A DNA stretch of 60,677 nucleotides, counting the filler, from Nemertoderma westbladi (lineage: Eukaryota; Animalia; Xenacoelomorpha): the NCBI GenBank assembly GCA_032718475.1. It is 3 parts of 3 records of this genome, joined end to end, with 100 filler letters (N's around TTAATTAATTAA, not from the genome) between each part and the next. Parts side by side here need not be neighbours in the genome. Positions count along the whole stretch, not along the records: positions 1 to 26,291 come from JAUCBJ010007096.1; positions 26,392 to 48,840 come from JAUCBJ010005248.1; 1 more part is not named here. One strand, written 5' to 3'. The position numbers and the translations under genes are program-made. The notes under the pieces were generated by a model that was not told the origin of the DNA, made no database searches, and worked only from the letters and a program-made list of their open reading frames with translations. This document shows positions 21,941 through 34,250 of this stretch, piece after piece; the first letter of the stretch is position 1, and the number at the start of each line of letters is the position of its first letter.

Positions 21941-24900
21941 TGTTGTTTGTCTGGACAACGGTATTGTTACATTTAGGCCTGACCCTTTAGACTGATTTCG
22001 TACAGGGGGATCAGTTATTGTTACATTTAGGCACGACCCCTTTCGACTGATTTAGGACTGTCAGTGTTGTTACGCTAGGTCTGTTAACCCACTAGCTCGT
22101 ATATAAACCATATAAATCACACCGCGGCAAGTTACTGTATTTAGGACTGTCAGTGATAGTTAGGATTCGCTGCGCGGGGATTGTTTTCCCGTGAGTTTGG
22201 TCTGTTACGGTAACTGTACATCTGCCTCACCGGTTAGAGGACAGGTATCCTTCTGTCTAGTACGTAGGCATTAGACCCGCTCACGTACATAGAATAGATA
22301 CAAGGCTCTGTTCCTCGCCAGTAGTCGTTTGTGTACTATATCTGTTTGTTTAGATATCCTGGACTGGGATTTGTTGTCAGATACTGTACAAGCCCGTATA
22401 CATTACTAGAGTCTCATAGTAAGATACATCGTTACTAGGATCTGGTAAGCGGTATACTACTGGACCCTTACAGTAGGAAGTATATTATACAAATTCTGAA
22501 ATTAGCGTATAGTATAATTTAGATCTGTTAGCTATTGAAAGTAGGAGATATTTAAAATCTAAGGTTAGTAAATTTAGTAATTTAGAACGTCCCCTGCTTC
22601 AGTAGGCTTTTAGGGTAGCTAGTACTTTCGTATTTAATATTTGACTAGCTAACAGTTAGTTTGTAGCACTTTGTTTTACGCCGTGTGTGTGCGGTGTTAC
22701 TTTTCGGTACTTGAAAAGGTACATAGGGTTTAAAGACCAATTTGTATCGGTACCTAGGAAGATTTTTCGTAAGCGTAGAAGTAAAACTCTCACCTTCGAC
22801 CTTTTCAGGACTCAAGGACTCATTTCTGGACCGCTTCGAGGATTAGACCGCTTTTCGCAAAGTTTGGGAGACAATAAATTCGTCCGCGCCGCCGAAAAAC
22901 GGAAAGACCCACGTCCGGTTTGTATTTGGGAATTTGTACGACTGGAAGATCAAAGGAACGTAAGTTTTACGACTCGCGTCGTTCAAACTTAAGAAAGCAC
23001 AGTAGTACTCAAAATTTGTGGGTTTCACTGTCTATTAGTAGTGTTGTTGGTACATATTTTCCCTTTAGACGTTGCTGTTTGGCCTATTGTTTTACTTGTT
23101 GATCTATATTTTGTTAACGTATACCGTTATCTCACTTATTCGTACAAATTTAGCCGGTAGGCTAGATTACTACTTATTTTATTATATACCTTTGTTAGTT
23201 TATTTGTACCGGTTAGGGTATATATATGATATATATATATATCAAGGTAAGTTTGACATTTGTACATTTCGACATTTTGACATTTCGACATTCTGACTTG
23301 TTGATTTATTTGTACCGGTTAGGTAAGTTTGACACTTCAACATTCAGACACTTTGACATTTTATTACCCGTACTTGACGTATATAATAAGACATGAGTGA
23401 CACACCCCATTCGACGAGATACCCACCTACCGACTATGACTCGTGCGACCCGGACAGATCGACAGTAGACGAACCGAGAAGGAGAACCCGAGATTCCACC
23501 GATGTCACACCGCTTGCGTCGCCGGTACCCCGAACGGAAATACCGGAAACCGCAACGCGTGGCGACGGCAGAATCGAAGATTTCCTTACCGTCCCGCAGA
23601 CTAGATCGCGGGAACCGGACATGGTAAGTTCGACTGGAAGCCAGGAGAACGTTATTAGAAGTATAGGAGGACACATGGCCCAGATTACTCGGAACCTCGG
23701 AGAAGGTTTTCGCGTTTTACGCGAGTTAACCGCCCCGATGTCGAGATACGAGTTCTACACCTTACAGGTAAGGATAGAAAGTAGGGTACATGCCTCCGTA
23801 GATAAACTTAAAGGTTTGCACGAACTTGCAGAGTTGCGTGGCGACAACTTTACTCAGGTAAAGATAGTAGATAAATTGGTAAGTGCGAGAGAAAGCATTA
23901 TCCAGTTTAAGTCGGTAATAAGCTTGGCTCAACAGGAGCAGTTCGACCAACTGCTAGGTGAGTCAGTTTCGGACGCGTTGTTACAACCCGAAGAGGAAGA
24001 AGAACTCTACTGCCTGGACGGAAGGTTGGAAACGCTGACCAATTTTCTTCGTAGATGCGGCGTACCGATCGACGAACCGGAAGTCGAACCGCGAGGGACG
24101 ACGGAAGTTCTCACTACGGAAGGCTCGCGAGCCTACCAACATCCACCACTGGATAGATCGTTCGTTAGCGTACGGAGCGACGTTGGCAACGTTGGCGACG
24201 TTAGTAGAACAGCGTCTGGAATTACTCGACAACAACAGGAGGTTGCACGCCGACAACAAGTCGCCGAGGAAGAAGCGCGACACCAGATGGCACAGATCGC
24301 CATCGAAGGAGAGAAACAACGAAGAGAAGACGAGGCAAGAATTGCACAACTCAAGGCGCAAGCTGAATTCGAAGCATCAGAAATGCGCAGACTGGAGGAG
24401 GACTTAGCGCGAGAAGCTGCAGCCGACGAGTTAGCACGTCAGAAAGCAGCATCCGACGTTCGTGCCAAGTTGGAGGCGCGGCAAATAAACGCTCGATTAG
24501 CTATACAGGAAGCGGAATTAGCGGCACAACAACAGGACGCAGATCGACGCGAAAGGGAGATGCAACTACAGTTCGAATTGAATCGTAGATCGCGCGAGAC
24601 AGCGAACGCGCAAGCGGACCTCGAACTCGACGCGAGAGATAGATCTATGAGATCGCGAACTGGACACGACTTGTCTGCCCTGGATCGTATGGAAGCTCGA
24701 TATCGCGGAATACAGAAGCGGATCGAGGAAGGAAGCGTGGGAGCGATAGATCGAGGAGAGGAGTTCGTCGAGGATTACTGTAAACGTTTTCCCCAAGTTA
24801 TTCCTATGCTCAAACCCACGACTCCGATAAAACCGGTCTTCGTTACGAAACCTAAGGAAATAACGCCTGTGCGTTCGACGCAAGGCAACAGGTTTGTTGT

Positions 24901-26291
24901 GACGGAAATACCGCAACCTAGGGCGACTTCATCGCCAATTTTAGCAGGTAACATAACTAGTCCACCTACAGTAAGTCGTAGTCTACTTGTAGGAAGAGAG
25001 GAACCTGCGTTTATGACCATTAAACAGGTGAGTAAACCATTACAAGTTAAACCTGTGACGTGCTGTGCAAATCCAGTTATTTACAGACCGACTACGAAAC
25101 CCGACTATTTCACTCGACCGTTGACACAATGTTCGACGCAACCTACGACTTCGTGGAAGGCTTGCGAGCCTACCGAACTACGGAGGAGGATGGATGTGGG
25201 TAGTACCCACGGGATCGGACAACGTATAGCGAGACCTACGACTTCGTGGAAGGCTTGCGAGCCTACCGAACGACGGAGAGCCGTAGATTCCGGACCACAA
25301 CGGACGAGACCCAGGATAATACGCCGGACACGAACCCGCCAACCACCTTATCCGGACGACAGCGATTCATCTAGTGACTCGGAGTCGACGGAACGGGAAA
25401 TATTCCGTACTGGAGCGGCGGAAGATTGCAAACGAGAGGAACGATCGACGAACCCCTACATCGACAATCCTCCACGAGAAACACCCCAACAGAAACCCAC
25501 GTTGAAACCAGCGGAAACGATCAGCGCTAAACAGTTCACCGAGATGACGGACAGAATAGCTCAACTCGAAGAACGACTCGAAGCGCAACCGTCGGATCGA
25601 TCACGAACCAGCGTGGAGTTGGAACAACCTAGACAACATCGACCACCGAGGAGAGAACAGGAGACTAGACGGACTCCGACACATCGAGAGGAAGATCCCG
25701 TTAATAATTCCTACCGACGAACAACGCGCGGAAGGGAGCGACTGGACGACGCCACCGAACAGGGACGCGGACAGTTGGATTTAGTTAGCGAGATTGCGAA
25801 ATTCGCGGCTAGACACGGATTACCGGCACAGCAACCGCCGAAGTTCTCTGGCAACGCGAAACACTGGCGCACACTGGTAGACTACGTAGAGTCCCAGATC
25901 GCTAAGTGTGCTTTCACCTCGACGGAGAAGTTTAACTACTTGCTCCAAGTTCTGTCTGGTGAGCCGAAACGATTAGCGGAAACCTTTATTGGTGTTCCCG
26001 ATGCCTTCGAGTTGGCGTACGACCGTTTGTATTCGATTTACGGCGGTAACGTCGCCATGGCTAAATCCATCATTGAAGACCTCTGCAGAGGAGGCAACAT
26101 TTCGAGACCGATCGACCTTTTACGACTCGCGGACGAAATAAAGAACGCTATAGGGACTTTACGGTCCATTGGACAACTCGAGTACGCTAACGCACCGACG
26201 GTTCTCATTCGAATAATCGGTCGACTTCACCATCGACTACGACGAGAATGGCGACGCATCGAGTACCAGCGCGAAGAGGCCGGAGGGTTAT
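21941..26291 (+). mobile_element. Second BEL/Pao element (5' LTR, UTR, gag), truncated by the gap
   Basis: Composition shifts at TGTTG (21941), with internal tandem repeats. Possible LTR end CA at 22822 followed by TTTCTGG. A BEL gag follows. LTR limits are approximate. Confidence 0.75.
23393..26291 (+). CDS. BEL/Pao Gag (coiled-coil N-terminus + DUF1759-like domain), 3'-partial
   Basis: PPKFSGNAKHW...EKFNYLLQVLSGEPKRLA...AYDRLYSIYG. Exact 38-bp internal direct repeat (25141-25178 / 25234-25271, PTTSWKACEPTE). Confidence 0.9.
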
Positions 26292-26391
26292 NNNNNNNNN
26301 NNNNNNNNNNNNNNNNNNNNNNNNNNNNNNNNNNNTTAATTAATTAANNNNNNNNNNNNNNNNNNNNNNNNNNNNNNNNNNNNNNNNNNNN
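26292..26391. other. Artificial contig linker (N run with six-frame stop TTAATTAATTAA)
   Basis: 100-bp N block with a central TTAATTAATTAA; the same structure occurs at 48841-48940. Confidence 0.97.
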
Positions 26392-27192
26392 CACCAGAGA
26401 GTAATTAACATCTTTATCTCGTGTGGTAATGGGCATTTCATAGAAGAAGCGAAGCAAACAACCCATCTGCAAATAATTCTAGGAGATACCTGACAGATTC
26501 CTTGTCAAACCTGTAGTGCTGATAAAATTCAACGTCATTGTAGAGATGGAAAGAGTTAAATCTGTCCAAAACCCGCCGCATTGTCTTTTCGTATTGTCGT
26601 CGACGAGATTCATATAATATCAACTGACGAGCCGCCATCCTAATCATATATAAATGGATTTTCTTTATTATTTTTTTGTGTTATGGGGACGAAATAATAG
26701 TTAGGACTTATGTGGTAATATAATATATAGAATAAATAGTAAGTAAATAGTAATTAAATAGTTAATAATAAATAATAAGAAATTTTAATTGAAGTAAAAT
26801 TGACACCTCCGAAAATAAAAAGTGTAAATAGTATAGAAACAATGTAGTAAAGTGTATAAAGTAAAATGTATACATGTAAAGTGGAAATAATGTGTATGTA
26901 AAGTGGTGTACATACAGTACATACAGTATGATAGGGTTCAATCAAAACAAATATGAAATATATTTGTAATCAATCGCAAGTAATAATATCCGACCAACAA
27001 AAGTAAATTCAGCAGTTAGTGTAGCTTTTAGGGATATCTAGAGGTCCCTAAGCAAATCACACTAACGTGTTAGTGGCACTTATAGTTAGTGAGCTTGGTG
27101 GAACAGGCTAAGTGATAAGGGTGGCTCAGGTTAGTGGCACTAAGCAGTTAGCACTAACACTAAGCGGTTAGTGAGAGTTGGTGGAACCGGCT
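26392..27192 (-). mobile_element. PIF/Harbinger transposon end with a degenerate transposase N-terminus
   Basis: DRFNSFHLYNDVEFYQHYRFDKESVRYLLEL resembles a HARBI1-type N-terminus. The terminus reads AGCCGGTTCCACCAA on the minus strand, with repeated TTAGTG/CACTAA subterminal motifs. Confidence 0.7.
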
Positions 27193-28059
27193 GCTGGGGT
27201 TTGAAATTATTCTAACATGTCAAGCATTATTGCTGTTTTTTATTGTTTCATTGTAAGAAGATTTATTCCTTAGTATATATCTTCAGATACTGGATCAACA
27301 TTTCAGCGCACGGAGATAAAATAACATTAGTTTGGAAAACTGATAGATAGCTAGATACTGATTTTTTCAATTTATAACATTTTAATTAAAATAAATCAGA
27401 CAATAAAAACCCGGACTAGCCTGTATAATGTAGCACAATCGTTAGCTGTCGTCAGTAGTGAGATAGTTGAAACTAACTGAGAAAGGGTGTCGCTCTCTCA
27501 GCCTTGAGCAATGTGAATAAAATGTATTTCGATGTCAATAACGACTGAGACCCCAGCAACCGCTGTTATAAACACTCAATATTCAGAACATTTACCATTT
27601 ACACCAAATTGGTCTCTATCGATGAATAATCCAATCCAATAAACCCAGTGACGTAGCACTGTTGCCATATCAACCGTTGTTAGGGGCAGTAATCGCCATA
27701 ACTAACACCAATCCAATTTAAGAATTATACGACTAATGTGACTCTACCCCCAGTATATCAAGGTTTTTAAAATTGGTTTCGAGTCAGAGTTATCATGACA
27801 ACCGTAGCTAAGTCCAATACGATCTCCATAGGCCCCCTATCAACTAGCGATATAAGCATTATACGACTATGATATCAAGATATATATCGAAGCTTAAGGT
27901 AAGGAAAGGCTTAAGGGAAGTCATAAGGCCCTAGTCGATTTTTGATGGATTTTACTATTTTTATAGAATTCTACACTTAGACATATATTCAACTTTACCT
28001 TCACTGATCTTTTTGAGCGACTATTGCCCCGACCAGCCATTACAAGATATAGATTTCGC

Positions 28060-28290
28060 ACCCAAGTACATAGATACAATACTTTATGAAGAGTTTCGGA
28101 TACGTAAGGGGAAGGCATGGGCAGCATTTAATAGTCTGTTCAGGATTTGAAAGTCCCATAGAATAAAATGGAACCTCAAGGTTCGATTATTTAGGGCGGG
28201 CACCAGTAGTACCAGTACTCTTATATGTTAGCCAATGCTTAGCTCTAACAGCAGTGGATACCGCTCTGGATGGCACTTTCACAAGAATAT
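28060..28290 (+). pseudogene. Old fragment of the RTE-like LINE family seen at 37172-39341
   Basis: Degenerate match to RIRKGKAWAA.N.L..IWKS..I.W.LKVRLFRA..VPVLLY..LDGTFTR. Confidence 0.8.
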
Positions 28291-29392
28291 AACGATGCTA
28301 TGACCCAACGCGAGATTACAGATGTTCAAGCCGCTAGGGGGCGTGCGTCAAGTAGTCATGAGGATGGGGTACCAGCAGTTGTTTCCCCCGAGTTCAGTGA
28401 CCTGGTGGACCAGGCAGCTGCTGATGTTTCAATGCCAATTATCTGTAAGTTCGAGTACAGAGGTCGCGCAACCGATCTGCTTGTGTGAAGGTTGCATGGT
28501 CTCACACCAACGTCGTGCACACGGCTAATTCGGTTTGTTTTAACAACATCCAAACTGCGCCATCACTCCCATCTCTGAAACGCCGTGTCCCAAATGTTCT
28601 TGCATCTAACATCGTGTATTCATCCTCTTGTCCCTCTTGTTAAGGGGGAATGTGTTGGACACACTATCCAGCACATGTTTGAACGTGTTAGACAGTACCA
28701 GGATGGGACTGCTAAGGATGGTAATGAATAAGGCAATCATTGCCGGCACCCATTGTTGCCTGTTCTGCAAAAGCTTGAAATGTATTATATTCGCATGCGT
28801 AAACACATCGGCAGCCATGGTAATACGATTTATATGAAATGCTCAAGGTTTTAGGGGCGACACCCTCCTAAATATTGTTTAGTAGGGTCTAATGAGTATT
28901 AAACCGATGAAACATTTTATGTGTATAAAAAATAATGGTTCACCAAAATCTAAGCATTTTGCTGCCGGACTAATGTTTCACTGCGGTAATAAAATTTTAC
29001 CATTAGATCAGAATTCCTTATTTATTTTAAATACCAAACTAGCCGTGAATGCGCTGGTGCTTTATATAAAATGTTGTGTTCAGTGACAACTCGCTATAAA
29101 GGCTGCATAAAGGTTGCATGGACCTTATTGGACAACTTTACTTTAAAACCCTTGAAAAAATATTCCCCTTGTTGTAATTAAAATTAATGATAGAAGTTAG
29201 TGAATGAAGTCCATGAGATGTGACCCCTAAAAGAAAGTGCTGCCCAGACCACAGTAACGAGACTGATAAAATCCGGTGTGGTGCAAAAGAACTCCCATGA
29301 ATTAATATATTGCAAGGTGAGCCAGAGAGAGCTCAAGATCAGGGATATTGTAGACCCCTGAACATGAACAGTGTTCCAGTTCATTGGCTTAT

Positions 29393-29860
29393 CCCTATTA
29401 AACCCGGGGGGGGGGGGGGGTCAATATGACCCTCTCATAGTTTTTTTGTTTTAATTCTGAAACAAACGCAGTTGGGAATCTGAAATTTTATAACTTTTCC
29501 TAAAAATCTATTGTCTTCCTAGTAATGAAAACCGTTTTCAAAAATATTGGGTAGTTTTCGAGTTATAGCACCATTTTTTAACCCTACTTTTGGCACTTTT
29601 TTTGAGACGTTTTTTGAAAATTACATTTCATTAAATATGAATTGTAACATCTCTATTTTTGATTTACACCTGTTTTTTGGTGTTAGCAATTGGATAGATA
29701 TAAATTATTTAGAAATTTCAAACTTGTTTTTTTCAGCGGGTGCCAAATTTTGGTGCCAGCACCAAATTTTGAAATATGTCACGTTTGTAAATTGATTGTT
29801 TGAAACTTGTTTTTTACGCAATTGGTTTTTTTTGGGGTTCTGGTTTCGATGGAATATATA
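29393..29860. mobile_element. Probable non-autonomous DNA transposon fragment
   Basis: Begins CCCTATTAAACCC-G-run-TCAATATGACCC, a TIR-like end, followed by AT-rich MITE-like sequence. Partner end not found. Confidence 0.35.
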
Positions 29861-30039
29861 CGTGTAAAAGCTTTTGCGGAAAAAATAAGTCATTTTGAGC
29901 AATGCGCTAAATACTCTAAAGGACTTATAAATTATGCAACTACGTGTCTGTCCAAACTCAGAGCTGAGATGACGAAATATACCAGCTGTTTCTTTGTGTG
30001 AAGGACTCTGTGTTAGTTGTTGACATATTTCAGCCAATC

Positions 30040-33000
30040 AGAGCGATCTTCCTTTACCTGTGCTCTGTAGCCTATATAAATTGACGCAATGCGGCAAATT
30101 TCTCAGAATTCATTCATTCTGATTTTCTGGCTGTTCTGACTTCGCCCGAAAACATCAGTGGCCTGAAAGAGTCATAAGAATGCAAATATATTAACAAACT
30201 AATTCATTCATTCTGATCTGATACTGCAACACTGCTGTTGCGCCGCTAACATCGTTTTTTACTGTTTTATACTTTTATTAGCTGTTGTTATACATTGATG
30301 GATGTTGTATTTGGAGAATACTGATGAATAGTCGTTAAATCCCCCTTAACTTTCTTAATTACTGAGGTAAGCAGAAGGGTGTATCAGTAGCAATTGTGGC
30401 TCAATTGATAGTGGTCTGTATGAATTCAATGCTATTTCATAACCACAATGTATGTGAGTCGCAATCCTCCTTATATATATGACTAAAATCGGTGACAGTC
30501 GGCTAATCAGTGTGTGTTAGTGTGAATATTAGTGCAGAAATTGAGTGTGCAGGTTAATAAAGCATTCTTAAAGAATGCGCCATTCGCGTTATCTCATTGC
30601 CACTAGTTGTAATTAGTGTCAGTCATAACTCTGCATGATACTTAAAGCGCCACGCCCCAAAGGAACTGTTAATATTTCCCTGAAAGTAAATATAGTTGTC
30701 GGAGATTATATAGTAGTGATCAATCGAATAATACAAAGTAGCCTACTCCTCTCTCTACAATAGAATCCTGTCTCCCACATCCGTGTGTCATACGCTACGC
30801 TAGACTGGCTTCAGCTGATGTCAATTAGTATGGGCGATTATCAACTCCTAAGACACTTAAATTAGCAGGTTACACTGTTAAAGGTCTAAAAGCGCGAACA
30901 TTAATAGATTTCTTTTCTTTTTATTTCTCAGTAGGCAATAAACCCAACCGTACTGGTCGGACGGTAACCTGTAGGCTCAGTGGTAACATTCCGGTACCAT
31001 ATAGCAGTATTACTTCGATTGTGAAACATTATATATCGTAGGCTGTTAGAGAGGATTAGGGATTGATCAACCCTTATTCCTTGTATGGTTTACTTATTTC
31101 TGTTGGCTTTATTTATCTGTAAGTGTAGTATTGAGAAGAAGGCGTATAAACCTGCTCGGATTGTAAAAGTAACTTATAGGCTGAATTGTTGTCTGATTAT
31201 TGTTAGGTCTGAAGTGGATTACAGTGTGTGTAGGTTATTCGTCCAATAACGTGCTAGTTAGGCAGTGGAGGCTTCCAAAGTTGTAAGGTAAATCCCCCAC
31301 GAAAGAATAAGTCGTACTACGTAGTCTAGAACACTTACTAACTAACTATTTTGGAGACTGCATAGTCCATATACTGTAATTTATTTTAGGCTTGGCGGTA
31401 GTCAGTCAGCATTTTGGTCTGTGTTTTAATACTCTGGTTTGAATAGTCTGTATGGGTAGCGTGATATTTATTATTCAGAGTTTATGCAAGTAATTTACAA
31501 CATTAATATCCCCAAGTTTATTCCTTACAGTAATTCTGTTTGTTATGTATACCGTAATAGTTAAATTAACCCCGGTACTACTTTCACAATTCCGTAAAGA
31601 ACCAGAAATTCTAAATTCTTGTTAGTCTGGTTTGTAAAATTCTTGTAAAATTACCTTAAAAATTGTATGTGTAACTTTGTTTATTGTTTGCTTAGAAATT
31701 GTGAAATCTCAATCTGTTATACGTAAGTAATCAGTAGTGATAAGTAACTTAGTTAAGTAGATCTATCAGTATTTAGTGTCTAACAAGTAGCACTCCACTG
31801 AGAGCGTCAAACCTCTGTTTAGTGACTTCGTACTCAGAAATAATAACATTTATTTCAATAATTGACAAAACCCATTACGGGTACATGTATATTTATAAAT
31901 TTAACTCAATCAGATTTATAAATTAGTAGGCCTGTTAGACATAAATTAGGTCTTAATATCAGTTGAACCTATTGCTTAATATCAGCAATAGAGTAAAGGG
32001 AAATAATTCCTAAAATCGGATATAATCAGTTATTATTTAATTTTTGATAATATCGGTGACTACAGTAAGTTTATTATATATTTATATAACTTAGGCTAAA
32101 CTCATATACCGGTATTCATTGATTAATATCAGTTTGTATCTGTATTAATACTGCTATATATACTACAGATTGTATACTGGTATTATAACACTCGTTATCT
32201 ACCCACGTTACATTGAGTAACAATATTTGGTAACTATAAGACTGACCGTTGATACTGATTCACCTTAGACTTACTTTAACTGTTGTTATAGTAATAGGCA
32301 TTCAACTGTGATATAATTATGTCTGATCCAAAACAGATACTGTCAGATAGCCTCTTGGAACAGACAATCTGTGACCCAGATGAAAGTGTAGAAAGGACCC
32401 GACCGAGGTCTAAGTCCCCACCTAATGTAAGAAAGGCCATCCCTACAGTAGTTGTGTCGGACCCTAGGTTAGTAGAGCACCATAGGTCTATTATAGGCAC
32501 TAGGGCTCAAATTAAGCGAGACCAAGCGACGGCTGCAAAACAGCAGCGGCACACTAACCGGGTTACCTCTAAATAACCCAGTGACCCTAGTTCCAGCACC
32601 AAAGAGTTAATGTCCGAGACCGGATCAAGGATAGAAGAAGTGGTTTACTCTGACCCACTCCTGATTCTTCCTGGGGTAGTGCTCACCCGAGTTCTTCTAG
32701 CCATAGAAGAACATCAAGCAGACTGGACAAGGAATAAGCGGTCAACCAGGGATATTTACGCCGGATACCCGCTCAAGGAATTAAGGTCTATTGTGGAAAC
32801 TCAATGGAACTTTCCCGGACCTGGACTACCTACCGTTTAACTTCTCAGAAGCTGCCTGGGAAGACCTACATCAGATGGGTGTAGTTCGAGATACCCGAGA
32901 TCCTGCTGTATGGAAGAGGTCGGCAGCTGGATATGTCCAGGGATTCGTCAACTCCTTAGGATGACTAGAAACGCAGTTATTCCGAGGGCAACTGGGACCA

Positions 33001-34250
33001 CTCAAGCAAGAAGAACTGCTATATAAAGTAAGAGAACGGATACTAAGGATTAGATTAATCCTGTCAGCATTCAAAGAAGCCTCGAAGAGAAGTCAAGATA
33101 CATCACTACAAGTGTCAGTAAAGACTTGGTTCCAACGTGTGAATGATAAAGTCCTTTGAACAACCAAGTGGAAGGCTCAGTTGGCAGAACAACTAGTCTA
33201 CGGAGAATCCACAGACGTAGTCTTTTCTCATGGGGAAAGCGAGGCGGTATCTGAAAAACCTAGGAAGAAAGATGCTATTGACATCTATTTATCTGATTAC
33301 CAACGATTCATAGGTGACAAAGAGCTAAGGAGACATCTAGCGGGACTTCACCCCAACAGTGAGGCACCCAACTTAACCGTAGACTCATTGGATGCCCAGA
33401 TGCAAGTGGCTGAGCAAGCTAAAATAGATGAAGACATTCTCATCGCTTTAGAGAAAGGAGGAACAAGTAAAGAAAGGATTAATAGAAGATAGGAAAAAGG
33501 CTGCCGCCGCTGAGGCTGAACTTAAAGCTGCAGCGGCGGAAGTTGAACGGAAAGCAGCAGTGGCAGATGCCGAACTTAAAGCTGCAGCGGCAGCGGCAGA
33601 AGTCGAACTTAAAGCTGCCACAGCAGAAGTTGAAAGAAAGGCAGCTGAAGCAAAAGCGCAACTAGAGTTAGAGACTTATTCAAGTGAGACAAGATTTCTT
33701 AAGTAAACAAAGGGCAGTGACTCAGACGCATTGCCTAAGTCGATCTACCCCTAAAAGACATGGATTTAATACCTCTTCGGATGAAGGTACTACCACTGAA
33801 TCCGAGTGTAGAAGTAACAAATCCCATTCAAATGGACGTAGAAGTGCTCCCGCACCTATGGTTGAGTGGATGGAGGAAAGGTGGCAGACCAAACCAAAGC
33901 TTGATCCACGGAGCAAGTCAGGGATTTGGAAGGGACTGTCAAATTATTAAAGGGAACAGTCGGGGACAGTAAAATAGAGTTGCAAGAAGTGCAGCAACAC
34001 ATCGCTCTCGAGCGCGATAAATTAGCAAATATGCAAATGGGTATACCACTGCCCCCTTGTAATGGTGTATCAGCCTTTTAGGCCATGAAGTACCTCATGC
34101 ACAAGGTGTGGAGCCTACATGCATCTCTACTGCTAGTGAAGTAGAAACTCCTATAACTCAGTAGAAACTCAGATAGCTAGGATGGTGGCTCGTCAAGCTG
34201 TCAACACAAATCCCATTCAAACCGACGTAGAAGAGCGCCCCTAGGACATA
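30040..34250 (+). mobile_element. Heavily decayed LTR-retrotransposon 5' region (long UTR + gag-like relic)
   Basis: Broken ORF chain at 32319-34000, with an Ala/Glu/Lys coiled-coil repeat (AEAELKAAAAEVERKAA, 33500-33675) similar in style to BEL gag. Confidence 0.4.

Noticed and set aside
22823-22845. tRNA primer-binding site for BEL-2 (TGGACCGCTTCGAGGATT)
   Set aside because: The position is plausible, but I cannot match it to a specific tRNA 3' end, so it is not annotated.
1-26291. BEL pol (1-6337) and BEL gag (23393-26291) as halves of one element around the Polinton
   Set aside because: They are on opposite strands and diverge. The gag has its own upstream LTR-like region, so these are two insertions.
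26292-26391. TTAATTAATTAA palindrome inside N runs (also 48841-48940)
   Set aside because: A six-frame-stop linker added during contig joining, not biological. It also creates false ORF ends, such as the 23393-26347 call.
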